A DNA stretch of 63,901 bases, filler included, from Octopus bimaculoides (GCF_001194135.2; 4 parts of 3 records of this genome joined end to end with filler, not necessarily neighbours in it); one strand, 5' to 3'; numbered from the whole stretch's first letter, positions 12,601 to 24,846 are shown. The notes: generated by a model from the letters alone, not told the origin. Program-made: numbers and translations.

Positions 12601-15600
12601 AGTCATACCTATAAGTGCAATTGCTTTGCACATGAAACAAAAAATCTTATTGGAAATTTGATTTCAGTAGAATAGCCATTTTATTCATACAGTCATTGTG
12701 AGTCTAGTAATTAAGGAAAATATGTAAGTTTGCAGAGCCAACTATCCCGTATTGTTGAAAATATGCTTTGGAGAGGCAGTCATATTCTGGAGATGATGAG
12801 ATCAATTATACTCTTTCTGAAAAACATGTGCCCTTGTACTTAATATTTGAAATCATTACTTTAATATTTATCAATAATATTTGCCAGTACTTATAGATGA
12901 TTGAATTAATTGCAGTCTTTCTGGTTTTTTCATCATGTAAAAATTTTCAGTATTTCATTACTGTAACCTCTTGTCTCATGAGATCACTTTCTACTTTAGT
13001 GGTACCTTACGGCAGCAAACCAACAGCTCCCAGTGGGGTTCTTATGTTAAAGACCTTTTAAAGCAAGGAATTCAGAAACCAAGGTATGAATTTTTTATCA
13101 TTACTTTTTACTTCTTATATACTGTATTTTAAGGGTATGAGAGTTATTGGTGTCAGGAAGACCCAAAAGGTATCAGGTAAACGCTAAGTTAGTGCTATGG
13201 ATAGACCATGGTTAAGCTCCAGGCTTGATAATGATACGAGTGAGGAGTCCAACATGGGTTATGTATTAGTATGTATATGTATATATCCATGTGTGTATAC
13301 ATATTCAGAGGCGCAATGGCCCAGTGGTTAGTGCAGCGGAATCACGGTCATAGGATCGCGGTTTCGATTCCCAGACTGGGCGTTGTGAGTGCTTATTGAG
13401 CAAAAACACCAAAAGCTCCACGAGGCTCCGGCAGGGGATGGTGGCGAACCCTGCTGTATTCTTTCACCACAACTTTCTCTAACTCTTACTTCCTGTTTCT
13501 GTTGTGCCTGTAATTCAAAGGGTCAGCCTTGCCACACTGTGTCACGCTGAATATCTCCAAGAACTACGTTAAGGGTACATGTGTCTGTGGAGTGCTCAGC
13601 CACTTGCACGTTAATTTCACGAGCAGGCTGTTCCGTTGATCGGATCAACTGGAACCCTCGATGTCGTAAGCGACGGAGTGCCAACAACAACAATACATAT
13701 TCACACGTATACATTCTTACTTTCTTTTTCTACTAACCTACCACACATGTCTATAGCAACTTGACTCTCTTGTATTCTTCATCCCACCTCAATTTTTACT
13801 ATCAAAACCAAAATCATTAGTATGCCAAGCAAAATCCCTAGTAGCATTTCATCCATCTTTACATTCTAAGTTCCAATTCTGTTAAAGTTGATTTTGCCTT
13901 TCATCCTTAAATACCATTTGAGCACTGGGGCTTGTGTAATCAACTTACCCCCGCCCCTGAAATTACTGGCCTTGTGCAAAAATTTAAAACCAATATGTTT
14001 CATTAGCTGAAGAATAGCATGCTTGTTGTATAAATCACATTTCATACTAAAGCAATACTTATTTCTTGCTTTGCCAGTGTTCTTCCATAGGTTGTATAAA
14101 AGACAATTAAATTTTTTAAAAATTAGTAAAATTAATAGAGTGTCTGACAAAATACCTTGTGGTATTTGAATGTCACTCCACATTCTGAATTGAAATCCTG
14201 CCCCAGGTACCTCACCTTTCATCTTTCCAATATCAGTAAAATAAGTTCTAGGATCAGTGTAGTTGATTATACCACAGAAAGCAGTGCATCTCATGGCAAC
14301 AGGCCAATGAGTGAAACCATTAAAAAGATGTATTTCATTTCTTTATCATTTATTTTTATGTTCTCTTTCTATGTCTATTTGATATAAACAAAATATTAAT
14401 TTTCTTTCAGGAAAGGTCATGATGCTGGTGATCATCCCCCTATTACTCCAATGAAAGGGGCCAGTGAGAGTGAACTTGGTCATGATGCCTGGAAACTGTA
14501 TGAATATATTGCACAACATTTTATTGCTACTGTAAGTATATAGACTGAGGTTAATGTTACTTTTTTTTTTTTTTTTTTTCACATATTCATTTCCTTTAAG
14601 AAGGATTTGAGACATTTTTTCTTTTGCAACAAGGCTTGATCTTGGGAAATATATCCATGTTTCATTTCGTAGCAAGACTACATTTTTAAACAGTAAAAAT
14701 TTGTATTTATTTTTCATGCTCTGTTGTTGTACATTTAGTTTAATTGTAGTCAGACTAACATCAATGTATAAATTAGCTCAGCTTATGTGAATTACGATAC
14801 ATTCACACAATGTGGCTCTGAGCTCTTTTACTAGGTTTCATAATGTTAGAGATAAATGACTTCTAATTGTGAGTTAAGGATATTTGAAAATAATCAGTTC
14901 GTTCCTCATACGACCCTGTTGAGAATTTGAGGTGTATTCCCATGTTCCATTCTACATCAAGGCTACATGTGTTCTAAAGATGTAAATATACTTTTGTGAA
15001 CCAAATTTATTCTAATTTCTTGCCATGTTGATATATTAGTAAAAAACTGTTTCAAGCATAGAAATCTTGAATTTGAGGGAGAAAATACTTGATTATATCA
15101 AGGTTTGTAGTCTTGCAGACTGCATGACAGCCTCTCTAGAGCTGGTGGCATGAAAAATGGCTGTAAAGTGGTTGGCATTAGGATGGACATCCTGCCATAG
15201 AAACCATGCCAAAGCAGACACTGGAGGACAATGCAGTCTTTGGGTTCATCAGATCCTGTCAAACCATCCAACCTATGCCAGCATGGAATATGGACATTAA
15301 ATGATGTTGATCAACCTTGGGTTTGACTGGTGCATTATTTTATCAACCCCAGGTAAAATTGATCTAGATTAGATATTAACTTACATTAGTAAATGATCAA
15401 CTCATGTAGTTAGGAGATACCAAGACTTAGTTTTGTGTAGCATAGAAGATGTCAATACTTAGATTTTTGATTACATAGTTTTGTAAAAATATGCTGGAAT
15501 GAAATATGTTTTGTAAATTTTTTATAGGTCTCTCCTGATTGTCGTTACATGCAAACAACCATTTATTTTGAGATTGGCCAAGAGAAGTTTACCTGTACAG

Positions 15601-16653
15601 GTAATATACTCAGTGATCCTGGCTACACTGCAATTATGACATGGCAAGCTATTACAGATGACGAGGAACTGCCACCTTTTGTCAAAGGAGAAAATTACAA
15701 TGTTTCAGAAGTAAGGACATTTTTGCAAGTATTCTCAGTTTTCTGTCCTTGAATAAATATGAAATAAACAGTCAATGGTGGGTTATAAGTGTGTGTATTG
15801 TGTTTTCTATCCTTATCTCTTTGTGTATATTGCAGTTTGGCATGTTCTTGACCTTTCCTTTGTGTACATTCACCCTACTTGCCCTACTTTATGTGCTTAA
15901 GTTATCCTTCCAGTTCTGTGGCTGTATTTGTGGTGATTCACAAACCTGTATCATTGACAAACCTTATATCTTTTAAGGACTCTACATCTTTCATTGTGTT
16001 GTCTTTCTACGAATATATTTTCATGAATATTTCTTGCAGTGCACTGAGGAAGATGTTGGGACTGACAGGGTCTCTTTACCTGAAAGATAGAATTTGATGT
16101 ATAGATATGAGAGGGAAAACAGGAGTTAGAGACATACTTTGAGAACTAGCTAAAACAAAGTGAAGGTGGGTAGGTGATTTAGCTAGATGCAAGGACAATA
16201 TATAAACATAAAGAATCCTGGAACAGTTTCCATGAGAGAGATTTGAGAAGGAAGAGGCAGACAGAAAAGAAGATAGGAGGATGACAAATTAATACATGAA
16301 AACAATGAAGGGAAGTACAAGACCGGTTTGGGAAAGAATCACAATAGAAATAAAGCGGTGGAAGTGAATTTGGGAGGGCAATGGACTATTATAGCCCAAG
16401 AGAAAAAGAACGTTTGTGTGCATGGATCTAAAACACTGGTAATGACTAAATAGGGTGGTACATTGTCTCTGCTCTACCTTCTGAACTGATTCAAAACATC
16501 AGTATCTGAGCAATATTCTTTACTGTAATTAAAAACTTGTCTCTCTTGTTCAAAATTAGGTATTCAGGTTGTGTTTTAGATTTAATTATTGATTAAAATA
16601 TCCAATTGTTTATTATATATTACATGTGGACTCGGCTATATATATATATATAT

Positions 16654-16686
<33 letters not shown>

Positions 16687-19600
16687 GTTTAACGTCCGCT
16701 TTCCATGCTAGCATGGGTTGGACGATTTGACTGAGGACTGGTGAAACCGGATGGCAACACCAGGCTCATACAAGCATGGAAGGTGAACATTAAACAATGA
16801 TGATATAGTAAAGTTGAGAATGATGTAAATACCAGGGTAATTTAACATTTATCGTTTGTACTAAACAATTTTACAAATAAATACTTTTTTTCCTCCCATT
16901 CAGGTCCGACTTGCTGAACGTCAGACTGGGCCTCCTGATTATCTGACAGAAAGCGAGTTGATTACATTGATGGAGAAACATGGTATTGGTACTGATGCAA
17001 GTATTCCTGTTCACATCAATAACATATGTGAGCGGAATTACGTTCAAATTATATCGGGTCGTAAACTAAAACCAACTACATTGGGTATCGTTTTGGTGCA
17101 TGGCTATCAAAAGGTAAAAGTCTATAAACTAACATTTTCATTCATTTATATATAGTTATCTATATTGTTGTAATATAACATCTGTTTTGTCACACTGGCA
17201 TGGATCGGGTGTGTCTGTTCTACTTCATATTGTCACTCTTGATGTTCCTTTGTCATTCCATCTCTTAAGACTTAACATGCTTTAGATCCAATACCTTTAC
17301 TTCTTCCCATGTCTTCCCCTGCCACATTGCAGTTCTCTCTCCTGCAAACATCATCTCTCAGGCCACTTGTGCTTCATTTAAGAAGTCATCATATAAGAAT
17401 CATCACAAAATAGTAGTCAGGATCTAGCCAATGTGTTATAGTTTTACAGTTTTGGCTAATAACACCTAGCTTCCCTCCATTTTGACAATGGATTCATCCT
17501 GATCTTACAGTGCAGCATGAAAAGCTGTTTACCTGTTTAACTTAACATTATAATTTATAATTTCCTAACACTACCAGAAGTAACATTGAAGATACAGCAT
17601 AGAAGGATGAGACTAGTTAGACACTGCATCAGACATGCCTATGAAATTGCTAAGAAGCTAGTGCTCTGGCAACCAATGGAAGGAAGAACCAGAAGAGGAA
17701 GGAGGAAGATGACCTATATTGAAAACTTGCTGGAGAATACTGGTATGGAAAGGGTACAGGAGCTGAGGACCATTATGGAAGATCAAGGTGAATGCAGAAA
17801 ATGTGTGGAAACAGTCTTGAGGGCATCCTGAGGAATCACCTAGATAGATAGATAAACTGTATTGCAGGATTTGAATCATTCTTGATTATAGTTTGAAAAA
17901 TAGCAAGCTGGTGCTGATTTACATGGGGAAAAATAGTTTTCAAGTGGTACTCATATAAAGCATAGAAGAAAGAAATTCAGGAATCATGAATGTATTTTGA
18001 AGTAGAAAAGATATCATGGGGATGATGCCCTAAATAAATTTAACTTGCTAGTATTTAATATATATGTTGTTGAATACCAGCATTTAAATATTCTCTTATT
18101 TGTTATTTATTGAATATTAATCTTTTCTTCCCAGATTGATGCTGATTTGGTTTTACCAACTATGAGATCTGCTGTAGAACAACAGCTCAACTTGATAGCG
18201 CTTGGCAAGGCATGTTTTAATGTTGTGCTGGAACACGCTTTGGAAATCTTTCGCCTGAAGTTCAAGTACTTTGTCAACAATATCTCTGGCATGGATGAAT
18301 TATTTGAAGTCTCTTTTTCTCCTTTGGCCTCATCAGGGAAACCAATGTCTAGGTTAGTAGCTCAAGCAATTATTGACATTGTTAGTTTACCTTGGCTGAA
18401 ACCTATTTTCACAGTTGGTCTATGTGGGCAGATTATACTGGTTATATTGGTTGTCTTTTTACATTTTTTTATGCTACTACATGCATGTATTTTTGTATTT
18501 GTTATGTCGTAACAAGTGTTCTATTGCTAATGCAATAGTATTTTGTCTTTTCCATGCATTGAAGCCATTTACTTTCCTTCCGGTTCTCTTATGCACTAAT
18601 ATCTCTTTCTCTTTTCTATTGGTATGGCTGTGTTGTTATAAAGTTCACATCACAATCGCATGGTTTGAAGTTTATTCCATTGGTTGATAACTTGGGCAAG
18701 TGTCTTCTATAACCTTGGATTGACTCATTGCCTTATGAGTGAAATTTAGGTGACAGAAATATAAGGAAGACCAGTATATTTGTGTGTGTATGTGTTTCTG
18801 TGTCTTCATTGGTTACATGTAAAAACCAGCAGAATACAAAATACCTTACTTGAATAACCAACTAAAGATTGTCTACAGAAAGGTGATCTAGCCATTGAAT
18901 ATTGCCTCATTGAATATTTCATCCAACCCATGACATCATAGAATAAGTGGATGTATAAATGATGACAACAATTCTCTATTGCTTCTCAATCTGCTATTTC
19001 ATTGAATTAATGGTTTTTAATTACTATAATCAAAATCAAAGTGCTTTTCACTCTTTCTCAGAATGAAGGTAGATATTTTGCTAATCAATAATGGAGGGTA
19101 TTAAACATAGAGAAACTGTTTAAAAATAAAACCAGGATATTACAGAATAAAAAGAAATCTTCAATTGAAGTACATTAACTCACTGGCATATTAAATACAT
19201 TCAGTTCTTGTCTAACATTATCAGATTGGAAAAAATTAACTGGAATCAAGTTTATTATGGAGTATTTTAACTTATTATATACAATATAGTTAAAAAAATT
19301 TTCTACCATGAATACCATGTTGATTTCAAAATTATTAAAGCAACAATCTATAACTAAACATAACCAGACATATGAAGATCCAGACTAGTATTTATCAGTA
19401 AATCATTGACATGACTATACAATTATAAAATCTAGCACCCAAGATCATTTATAACTGGATAAGGTTTGAACTCATGTGCTGTGTGGAGTTTGTGATTTGA
19501 TGTTCAAAATTTCTGGTATCAATGCATTGTTATTTTAAAGGTGTGGCAAATGTCGTCGGTACATGAAACTGATTCAGGCAAAACCAAGCAGGTTACATTG

Positions 19601-22600
19601 TTCAAATTGTGATGATACATACTCTTTGCCGCAAAATGGTGGAATTAAACTCTATCAGGAGTTAAAATGTCCTCTAGATGACTACGAACTTGTACTTTGG
19701 ACAACTGGTACAAAGGGAAAGGTATTTATAAATTTATTTCGTTGTTTTTCTAGACTTTTCATATCATCGGTTGTTACAATTGCTATTTTCACACATTCAA
19801 ATCAACAACTGTTTTGCACTACTTTGTTAAAATTTTATCATAAAAATGATTTTGTTATTTATTTGAATTTTCCTTAGCAAATGATTAAAGATACTTCAGG
19901 AGACCATCATTTCACATTATTCATATCACATTTCATATTATTCATACATCTGTGTTCTTTTAAGATGATAGGGTGTGATTTGAGGGGGATAGACCTCTTG
20001 TTTCTGGAAAGATCAAGCAATTGTGCTGAGGAGCCCTTGGTGGCCCATGATGATGATAATGATAGTGGTAACAATGATAATGATTCAAGGAAGGTGCTGT
20101 TTACAATTATTTGGAGATTTAATGCCAAGAAGAAAATATCTTCAGATTTGTAATCCACTTTTGAACTTGTTTCTAATTCTTTATTTTACATCATTTACAG
20201 AGTTATCCCTTATGTCCATATTGCTATAACAATCCACCTTTCAAAGATATGCGCAAAGGCAGTGGCTGTAATGAATGCACACATCCTACATGTCAACATG
20301 CATTTTCTCAAAATGGCGTATCTGAATGTCTTGAATGCAGTCAAGGTATCTTGGTATTGGACCAATCTTCGGCACCAAAATGGCGTATGGCATGTAACAA
20401 GTAAGATCTGAATCATCTATTCTGTTCATTCTTAAACATTTTCTGAGTTAGCTTTACCTTTTTAATGCATCTTAAGAAATAGGTATGTGTACCAGCAGGC
20501 AGAGTAGGAGTTGCTGAATGTATACTATTTTGGTGGATAGGCTGGTAAATTAAGAATTAGAAATAGAAGAATGAAAATCAAAAAGTAAGTGTAATACCTA
20601 ACCATCCCCTGGCTTAACACTGCCACCTGGCCCTGAGTATCTTTAGCAGAGATTTTTCCATTGCAAACATTCAGTCTAAATCTCCATTGGGAGGATAATA
20701 ACTTCACCATATTGATGTGCTGTTTCCTGCTGTAGAAACCTACAAGTCATGACTTAGTGACTTCTGTCTTCTCTTCCCCCCACGCCTGCACACTAATCCC
20801 GGATACCCTGCAAAAGACCATACATACAAGTCTTCTTTCTCTGACCTAGCCATAAAAAAATCTGTTGATAATTTAATAGAAAATAAAAGAATTTAACAGC
20901 AAGAAACTCAGTGTTTGATGGCATGCATGCATCCAAGAATCAACCAATATTTGCAGTCCTCAAGGTGGTGAGCTGGCAGAAACGTTAGCACGCCGGGCGA
21001 AATGCTTAGCAGTATTTCGTCTGCCGTTACGTTCTGAGTTCAAATTCCGCCAAAGTCGACTTTGCCTTTCATCTTTTTGGGGTCAGTAAATTAAGTACCA
21101 GTTACGTACTGGGGTCAATGTAATCGACTTAATCCCTTTGTCTGTCCTTGTTTGTCCCTTCTATGTTTAGCCCCTTGTGGGCAATAAAGAAATAAGGAAC
21201 GTTAGCATGCCAGGCAAAATGCTTAGCAATATCTTGTCTCTTTACTTTCTGAGTTGAAGTTCTGCCGAGGTCGACTTTGCCTTTCGGGGTCGATAAATTA
21301 AGTACCAGTTGTATACTGGGGTCGCTCTAATCAACTGGCCCCCTCCCCAAGAATTTCAGGCCTTGAGCCTAGAGTAGAAAAGAATATTTGCAGTCTTCAC
21401 TTACTGTTAACAAATACTTTAGATAATGAAATATGTGGTGTTACTAGTTAAAAGAGAGAATTTTATTTTGTTAGTCTGCATAAAAAAGATGTAACACATA
21501 GCATTTTAGGGTCTCTGGGAATAAACATACATATCTATGTATGTCTCTGCTTACATTACCTATGTAATGTAAATAGAATTGTTGTGTAATGTAACCAAAT
21601 GAGTTGTTATTTTGCACTGAGTCAGTTTAAAATGACAGCACAAAGTAATGGTCAACAATAGATATACTAAAACCAAGGTGCTATGTAAAAATCGTTGGTG
21701 TGGCTGCCACATAAAAAGCATTGGTGATGGTGCCACGTAAAAAGCACCCAGTACACTCAGTAAAGTGGTTGGTGAAGGGCATTATGGAACCTGGTGTGGT
21801 CCTTGACCTTGCCTGTTCCTGTTCAGTCATCCAGCCTATGCAAACACGGAAAATAGGTGTTAAATGATGATGATGAATAGAAGTGATACATTAACTTCTA
21901 TTTTGTTATATGTGAATTCTCTGGAAAGGAAAACTGTGGAAAATATATGGTATATGTTAGATGATAGAACTTTGTATTAAATTGATCTATAAAGCTTTTA
22001 TGTGCAGAAGCATGATTTATGTCTTATGCTATGTTTGTTTTGTAAATTCATTTAGGTGTTCCCTTGTCATCAACCTGTTAGAAGGAGCACATAAAGTCAC
22101 TTTAAAGGATGATGATTGTGAAGAGTGTGGTGCCTCTATTATAAATGTTGACTATGGCAAGGTAAGTAGATATAATTTTACGAGTTTCCATCATTGGACT
22201 GCAGCCCTGCTGAGTGTCACTGGGTTTTTTAATAAATCATACCAACCCCAGTATTTCTTTCAGTTTGGTATTTATTTTATTAATTTGTATTTTATTGAGC
22301 TACTCTAAATTATTTTTATGACAAAACTTTCTTGTTTGTGTGTGTCAAACACCTATATACATTTAGCTTCAGCACAGACTTTGTCTACCAAATTACAATT
22401 GCAAAGTATTGGTCTGTCTGAGGTTATAGAAGGAAACACTTGCCCAAGGTGCCACTGTGGATCAGTCACAGGACCAAGTGGTTGTGAAGTGGCCTTCTTA
22501 ACCAATAGCTGACAATATTCATGCAACCTTCTGAATGCTTTCAGATGTCCTCAGTATGCAGTCCAGGTTTCTATAGGAAGGCACACAAACCACAAATCTC

Positions 22601-24808
22601 TTCAAGTAGATGGTCCTGCTCAATCTGTAGAAAAGGCATAAGTAGAAACTCCATAAAATGTACTTGGTGTAAGCTATGGACGCATAAGAGATGCAGCAAT
22701 ATCAAAAGAAGGCTAACTAAGAATATAGTTTTTGTGTGTGGCAAATGCTCAGGGGCAATGAACACTGAAAATGTGCAGAAAACAGCTTCCATCACATTCC
22801 AGCGGGCGGGGCGGGGTATGGGGGGACTACAAGTAGTTGATAGCTTCCATTACCTAGGTGACCATGTCAGTAGTGGGAGTGGATGCTCTGAGAGTGTAGC
22901 TGCTAGAATAAGAATAGCCTGGGCAAAGTTCAGAAAGCTCCTACTTCTGCTAGTGACAAAGGGCTTCTCGCTCAGAGTAAAAAGTAGACTGTATGATGCA
23001 TGTGTGTGAACAGCCATGCTACACGGCAGTGAAACATGGACTGTGACTGCTGAGGACGTGTAAGCTTGCAAGAAATGAAGCGAGTATACTCTGCTAGTTG
23101 TGTAATGTCAATGTGCATACTCGAGAGAGTGTAAGCACCCTTAGAGAAAAATTGGACATAAGAAGCATCAAATGTGGTGTGCAAGAGAGACAACTGCGCT
23201 GGTATGGTCATGTGTTGCGAATGGATGAGGATAGCTGTGTGAAAAAGTGTCATGCTCTAGCAGTAGAGGGAAACTGTGGAAGAGGTAGACCCAGGAAGAC
23301 CTGGGATGAGGTGATGAAGCACAATCTTCGAAAGTTGGGCCTTACCGAGGCAAAGACAAGTGACTGAGACCTTTGGAGATATGCTGTGCTTGAGAAGACC
23401 CAGCAAGCCAAGTGAGACCATAACCATGGCCTATGCCAGTGCAGCATAACCAGCCCATTTAAGAGTACTCTTCTATTATTGGGCAATAAACTGCGCTTGC
23501 GAAGACCTGTTGAGTCAAGTGAAGTTGTTGTCGTGGCCAATGACAGTACCGCCTGATTGGCATCCATGCCGGTGGCATGTAAAAAGCACCATCCGAGCAT
23601 GGCTGATGCCAGTGCTGCCTGACTGGTCCCATGCCAGTGGCAAGTAAAAAAGCACCATTCAAGCATGGTCGTTGCCAGTGCTGCCTGACTGGCCTTTGTG
23701 CCGATGGCACATAAAAGCACCCACTACACTTTTGAAGTGGTTGGCATTAGGGAGGGCATCCAGCTGTAGGAACTTTGACAGACTGGATTGGAGCCTTGTA
23801 CAGCCTTCTGGCTTGCCAGCTCTCAATCAAACCGTTCACCCCATGCCAGCATGTAAAGTGGACGTTAAACAACGATGATGATGATTATAATGATGAACAA
23901 AATATTGGAATCACCACTGCTCTGTTCACTAACATTTTGGTGTATGTTCAGATGCCATGTCATTAAAGACTTTTGTTCAGAGACATTTAAAAGCCATGCT
24001 AGCTATGTTGCTAAGTTGAATTTTTTTAATTACATCCAGTTCGTCTCAGTTAGTGATGGTTGCATATGTTCTGAGTCTTCTTGGAGATGATGTAAGTCTA
24101 AGTTTCCTGTAAACATAGTCGAAAGCAATCAGTATCTGTTACAGATATTTTTGTGAGAAAGCTGTGTCACTGTTGTCATCTGCATATTGAAACTCTTTGA
24201 GGAAGCTTGTAGATGTGTTGGACAGAGACAAGCCAGATTAAATTATCTGACATCTGTTGTGTAGACAATGTTGATAGAGTAAAGGAACACAGACAGAAAT
24301 TGTTTTTTCAAAGCCAAAATGAATCAAGTTATGTCTTGGATGTTGTTGTGACAAGAATCCTAAGCCAAAAAGAGATATGCTGACTGGTTGGAGCCATTTC
24401 ACTTTTTACTTAACTCACTGAAAAGTCATCAGTATGCTGTTCCTTCTCTCTTATAAATTTGCTTTTGTAAGATATCAATGTTTATAAGGTATTCATTATG
24501 TGGTATGTCCTATATTGTATTGTATATATATTTTAACAAAGTATTATGATGTCATAGAAATTTTTGTATTTTCTTTCTAGAACAAATCTCCACTACCAGA
24601 CAATGCTACTGATTACACAGGTTGTGTATTTTGTGACAGCACTTTCAAGCCCCTGGTTGAAATGCACCATGCTATGGCACCCAGAGTGCGACGTACAGCA
24701 ACACGTGGCGGAGGAGCTGGCCGTGGAAAAGGGCGTGGCCGAGGGCGTGGTAAAGGCAAACATAAACCCAAAGACAAAATGGCACAGTTAGCTGCATATT
24801 TTGTATGA
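3563..24808 (+). CDS. TOP3B: DNA topoisomerase III beta, 5'-partial; join(3563-3640,6380-6493,7656-7823,8266-8400,10144-10256,11694-11785,11912-12020,13000-13083,14411-14531,15528-15710,16904-17113,18135-18352,19541-19721,20201-20400,22056-22161,24581-24808)
   Basis: Manual splicing gives 2340 nt (779 aa + TGA). All introns are GT-AG and phases are compatible. Motifs: [55 protein letters not shown], Cys-pair Zn fingers, RG-rich tail and [13 protein letters not shown], diagnostic of the beta paralog. Confidence 0.97.
3950..4700 (+). mobile_element. 5'-truncated RTE-clade LINE 3' end with five 66-bp tandem units and (TGA)n tail
   Basis: Encodes [28 protein letters not shown]; homologous to 23250-23885. 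Confidence 0.85.
4940..5280 (+). mobile_element. tRNA-derived SINE (head B, tail Z)
   Basis: A box TGGCTCAGTGG, B-box-like TTGATTCC; body shared with 35258 and 48100. Confidence 0.75.
5631..5693 (-). mobile_element. Extreme 3' end of the same RTE family with (CAT)n
   Basis: catcatcatcgtttaacgtctgctttccatgctagcatggg; near-identical at 16656-16740. Confidence 0.8.
6380..6493 (+). CDS. TOP3B: TOP3B exon, TOPRIM DxD: [38 protein letters not shown]
   Basis: tttag|GGC...AAG|gtaata; DCDKEGE motif. Confidence 0.96.
6986..7390 (-). mobile_element. tRNA-derived SINE family D with internal microsatellite and gap
   Basis: Head ggcgcaggagtggctgtgtggtaag...ggttcagtccc, CORE-like cttgggcaa; other copies near 8655-8960, 12440-12612, 22300-22505, 33031-33174, 34521-34895, 53465-53800. 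Confidence 0.85.
7656..7823 (+). CDS. TOP3B: TOP3B exon [11 protein letters not shown]...[23 protein letters not shown]
   Basis: ttccag|AAC...CAG|gtatat. Confidence 0.96.
8266..8400 (+). CDS. TOP3B: TOP3B exon [28 protein letters not shown]...NVQ
   Basis: ttacag|GGC...CAG|gtaaat. Confidence 0.96.
9055..9500 (+). mobile_element. Two tandem SINE family C copies (CpG-decayed)
   Basis: ttctgagttcaaattcc...gactttgcctttcatcc...ataaa-aagtacca, ending gtagaaagg. Confidence 0.8.
10144..10256 (+). CDS. TOP3B: TOP3B exon [37 protein letters not shown](R)
   Basis: tcatag|GTG...GCC AG|gtttga; DW-R-RVFD motif. Confidence 0.93.
10433..10890. mobile_element. RTE 3'UTR fragment (minus, 10433-10715) abutting a partial SINE C (plus, 10722-10885)
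   Basis: Matches the two families described above. Confidence 0.75.
11190..11530 (-). mobile_element. DNA-transposon transposase C-terminal relic (CMC/Chapaev-like)
   Basis: [16 protein letters not shown]...[32 protein letters not shown] matches the remembered motif [13 protein letters not shown]...SDEHGERFHQDI; the superfamily name is from memory. Confidence 0.7.
11694..11785 (+). CDS. TOP3B: TOP3B exon (R)[30 protein letters not shown](G)
   Basis: tattag|A GTG...TTG G|gtaaaa. Confidence 0.95.
11912..12020 (+). CDS. TOP3B: TOP3B exon with catalytic Tyr (TAC 11974-11976): [35 protein letters not shown]
   Basis: ctatag|GT ATG...CTC GT|gtaaga; type IA active-site motif. Confidence 0.98.
13000..13083 (+). 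CDS. TOP3B: TOP3B exon [27 protein letters not shown](R)
   Basis: ctttag|T GGT...CCA AG|gtatga; phases fit both neighbours. Confidence 0.93.
13308..13693 (+). mobile_element. Young full-length tRNA-derived SINE (head A, tail X, (CAA)n end)
   Basis: TGGCCCAGTGG A box, GGTTTCGATTCC B box, CpGs intact. Confidence 0.85.
14411..14531 (+). CDS. TOP3B: TOP3B exon [15 protein letters not shown]...[14 protein letters not shown]
   Basis: tttcag|G AAA...ACT|gtaagt. Confidence 0.97.
15528..15710 (+). CDS. TOP3B: TOP3B exon [17 protein letters not shown]...GENYNVSE
   Basis: ttatag|GTC...GAA|gtaagg. Confidence 0.95.
16040..16400 (+). mobile_element. Decayed RTE-clade LINE C-terminal fragment
   Basis: LRKMLG...KDRI*...[25 protein letters not shown] resembles RDRIRNE.IR.KTGV.D....KW.WAGH.AR. 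Confidence 0.6.
16904..17113 (+). CDS. TOP3B: TOP3B exon [38 protein letters not shown]...HGYQK
   Basis: attcag|GTC...AAG|gtaaaa. Confidence 0.97.
17585..17855 (+). mobile_element. RTE-clade LINE 3' end with (TAGA)n tail
   Basis: [12 protein letters not shown]...[15 protein letters not shown]...[11 protein letters not shown] then tagatagataga. Confidence 0.75.
18135..18352 (+). CDS. TOP3B: TOP3B exon [18 protein letters not shown]...SGKPMS(R)
   Basis: tcccag|ATT...TCT AG|gttagt. Confidence 0.96.
19541..19721 (+). CDS. TOP3B: TOP3B Zn-finger exon [23 protein letters not shown]...[18 protein letters not shown]
   Basis: ttaaag|G TGT...AAG|gtattt. Confidence 0.96.
20201..20400 (+). CDS. TOP3B: TOP3B Zn-finger exon [14 protein letters not shown]...CNECTHPTC...PKWRMACN(K)
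   Basis: ttacag|AGT...AAC AA|gtaaga. Confidence 0.96.
20962..21385 (+). mobile_element. Tandem SINE family C pair (young + older)
   Basis: aaggtggtgagctggcagaaacgttagcacgccgggcg... with CpGs retained; second copy follows directly. Confidence 0.85.
22056..22161 (+). CDS. TOP3B: TOP3B exon [35 protein letters not shown]
   Basis: atttag|G TGT...AAG|gtaagt. Confidence 0.94.
22520..23885 (+). mobile_element. 5'-truncated RTE-clade LINE: PHD-like finger, RT C-terminal part, 3'UTR with three 66-bp units, (TGA)n tail
   Basis: CSIC...[12 protein letters not shown]...CGKC; [10 protein letters not shown]; [10 protein letters not shown]; GRGRPRKTW; contains stops and frameshifts. Confidence 0.9.
24581..24808 (+). 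CDS. TOP3B: TOP3B last exon NKSPLP...GCVFCD...[34 protein letters not shown]
   Basis: ttctag|AAC...GTA TGA; RG box and conserved C-terminus. Confidence 0.97.
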   Translation, partial: NKSPLPDNATDYTGCVFCDSTFKPLVEMHHAMAPRVRRTATRGGGAGRGKGRGRGRGKGKHKPKDKMAQLAAYFV

Positions 24809-24846
24809 ATGCTAAACCTTCAGTTAACTTTTTAACTTTCATCTAG

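Noticed and set aside
13308-13385. tRNA genes (also 4940, 35258, 48100, 60990-61064)
   Set aside because: A and B boxes are present but run into SINE bodies with no clean acceptor stem; these are SINE heads
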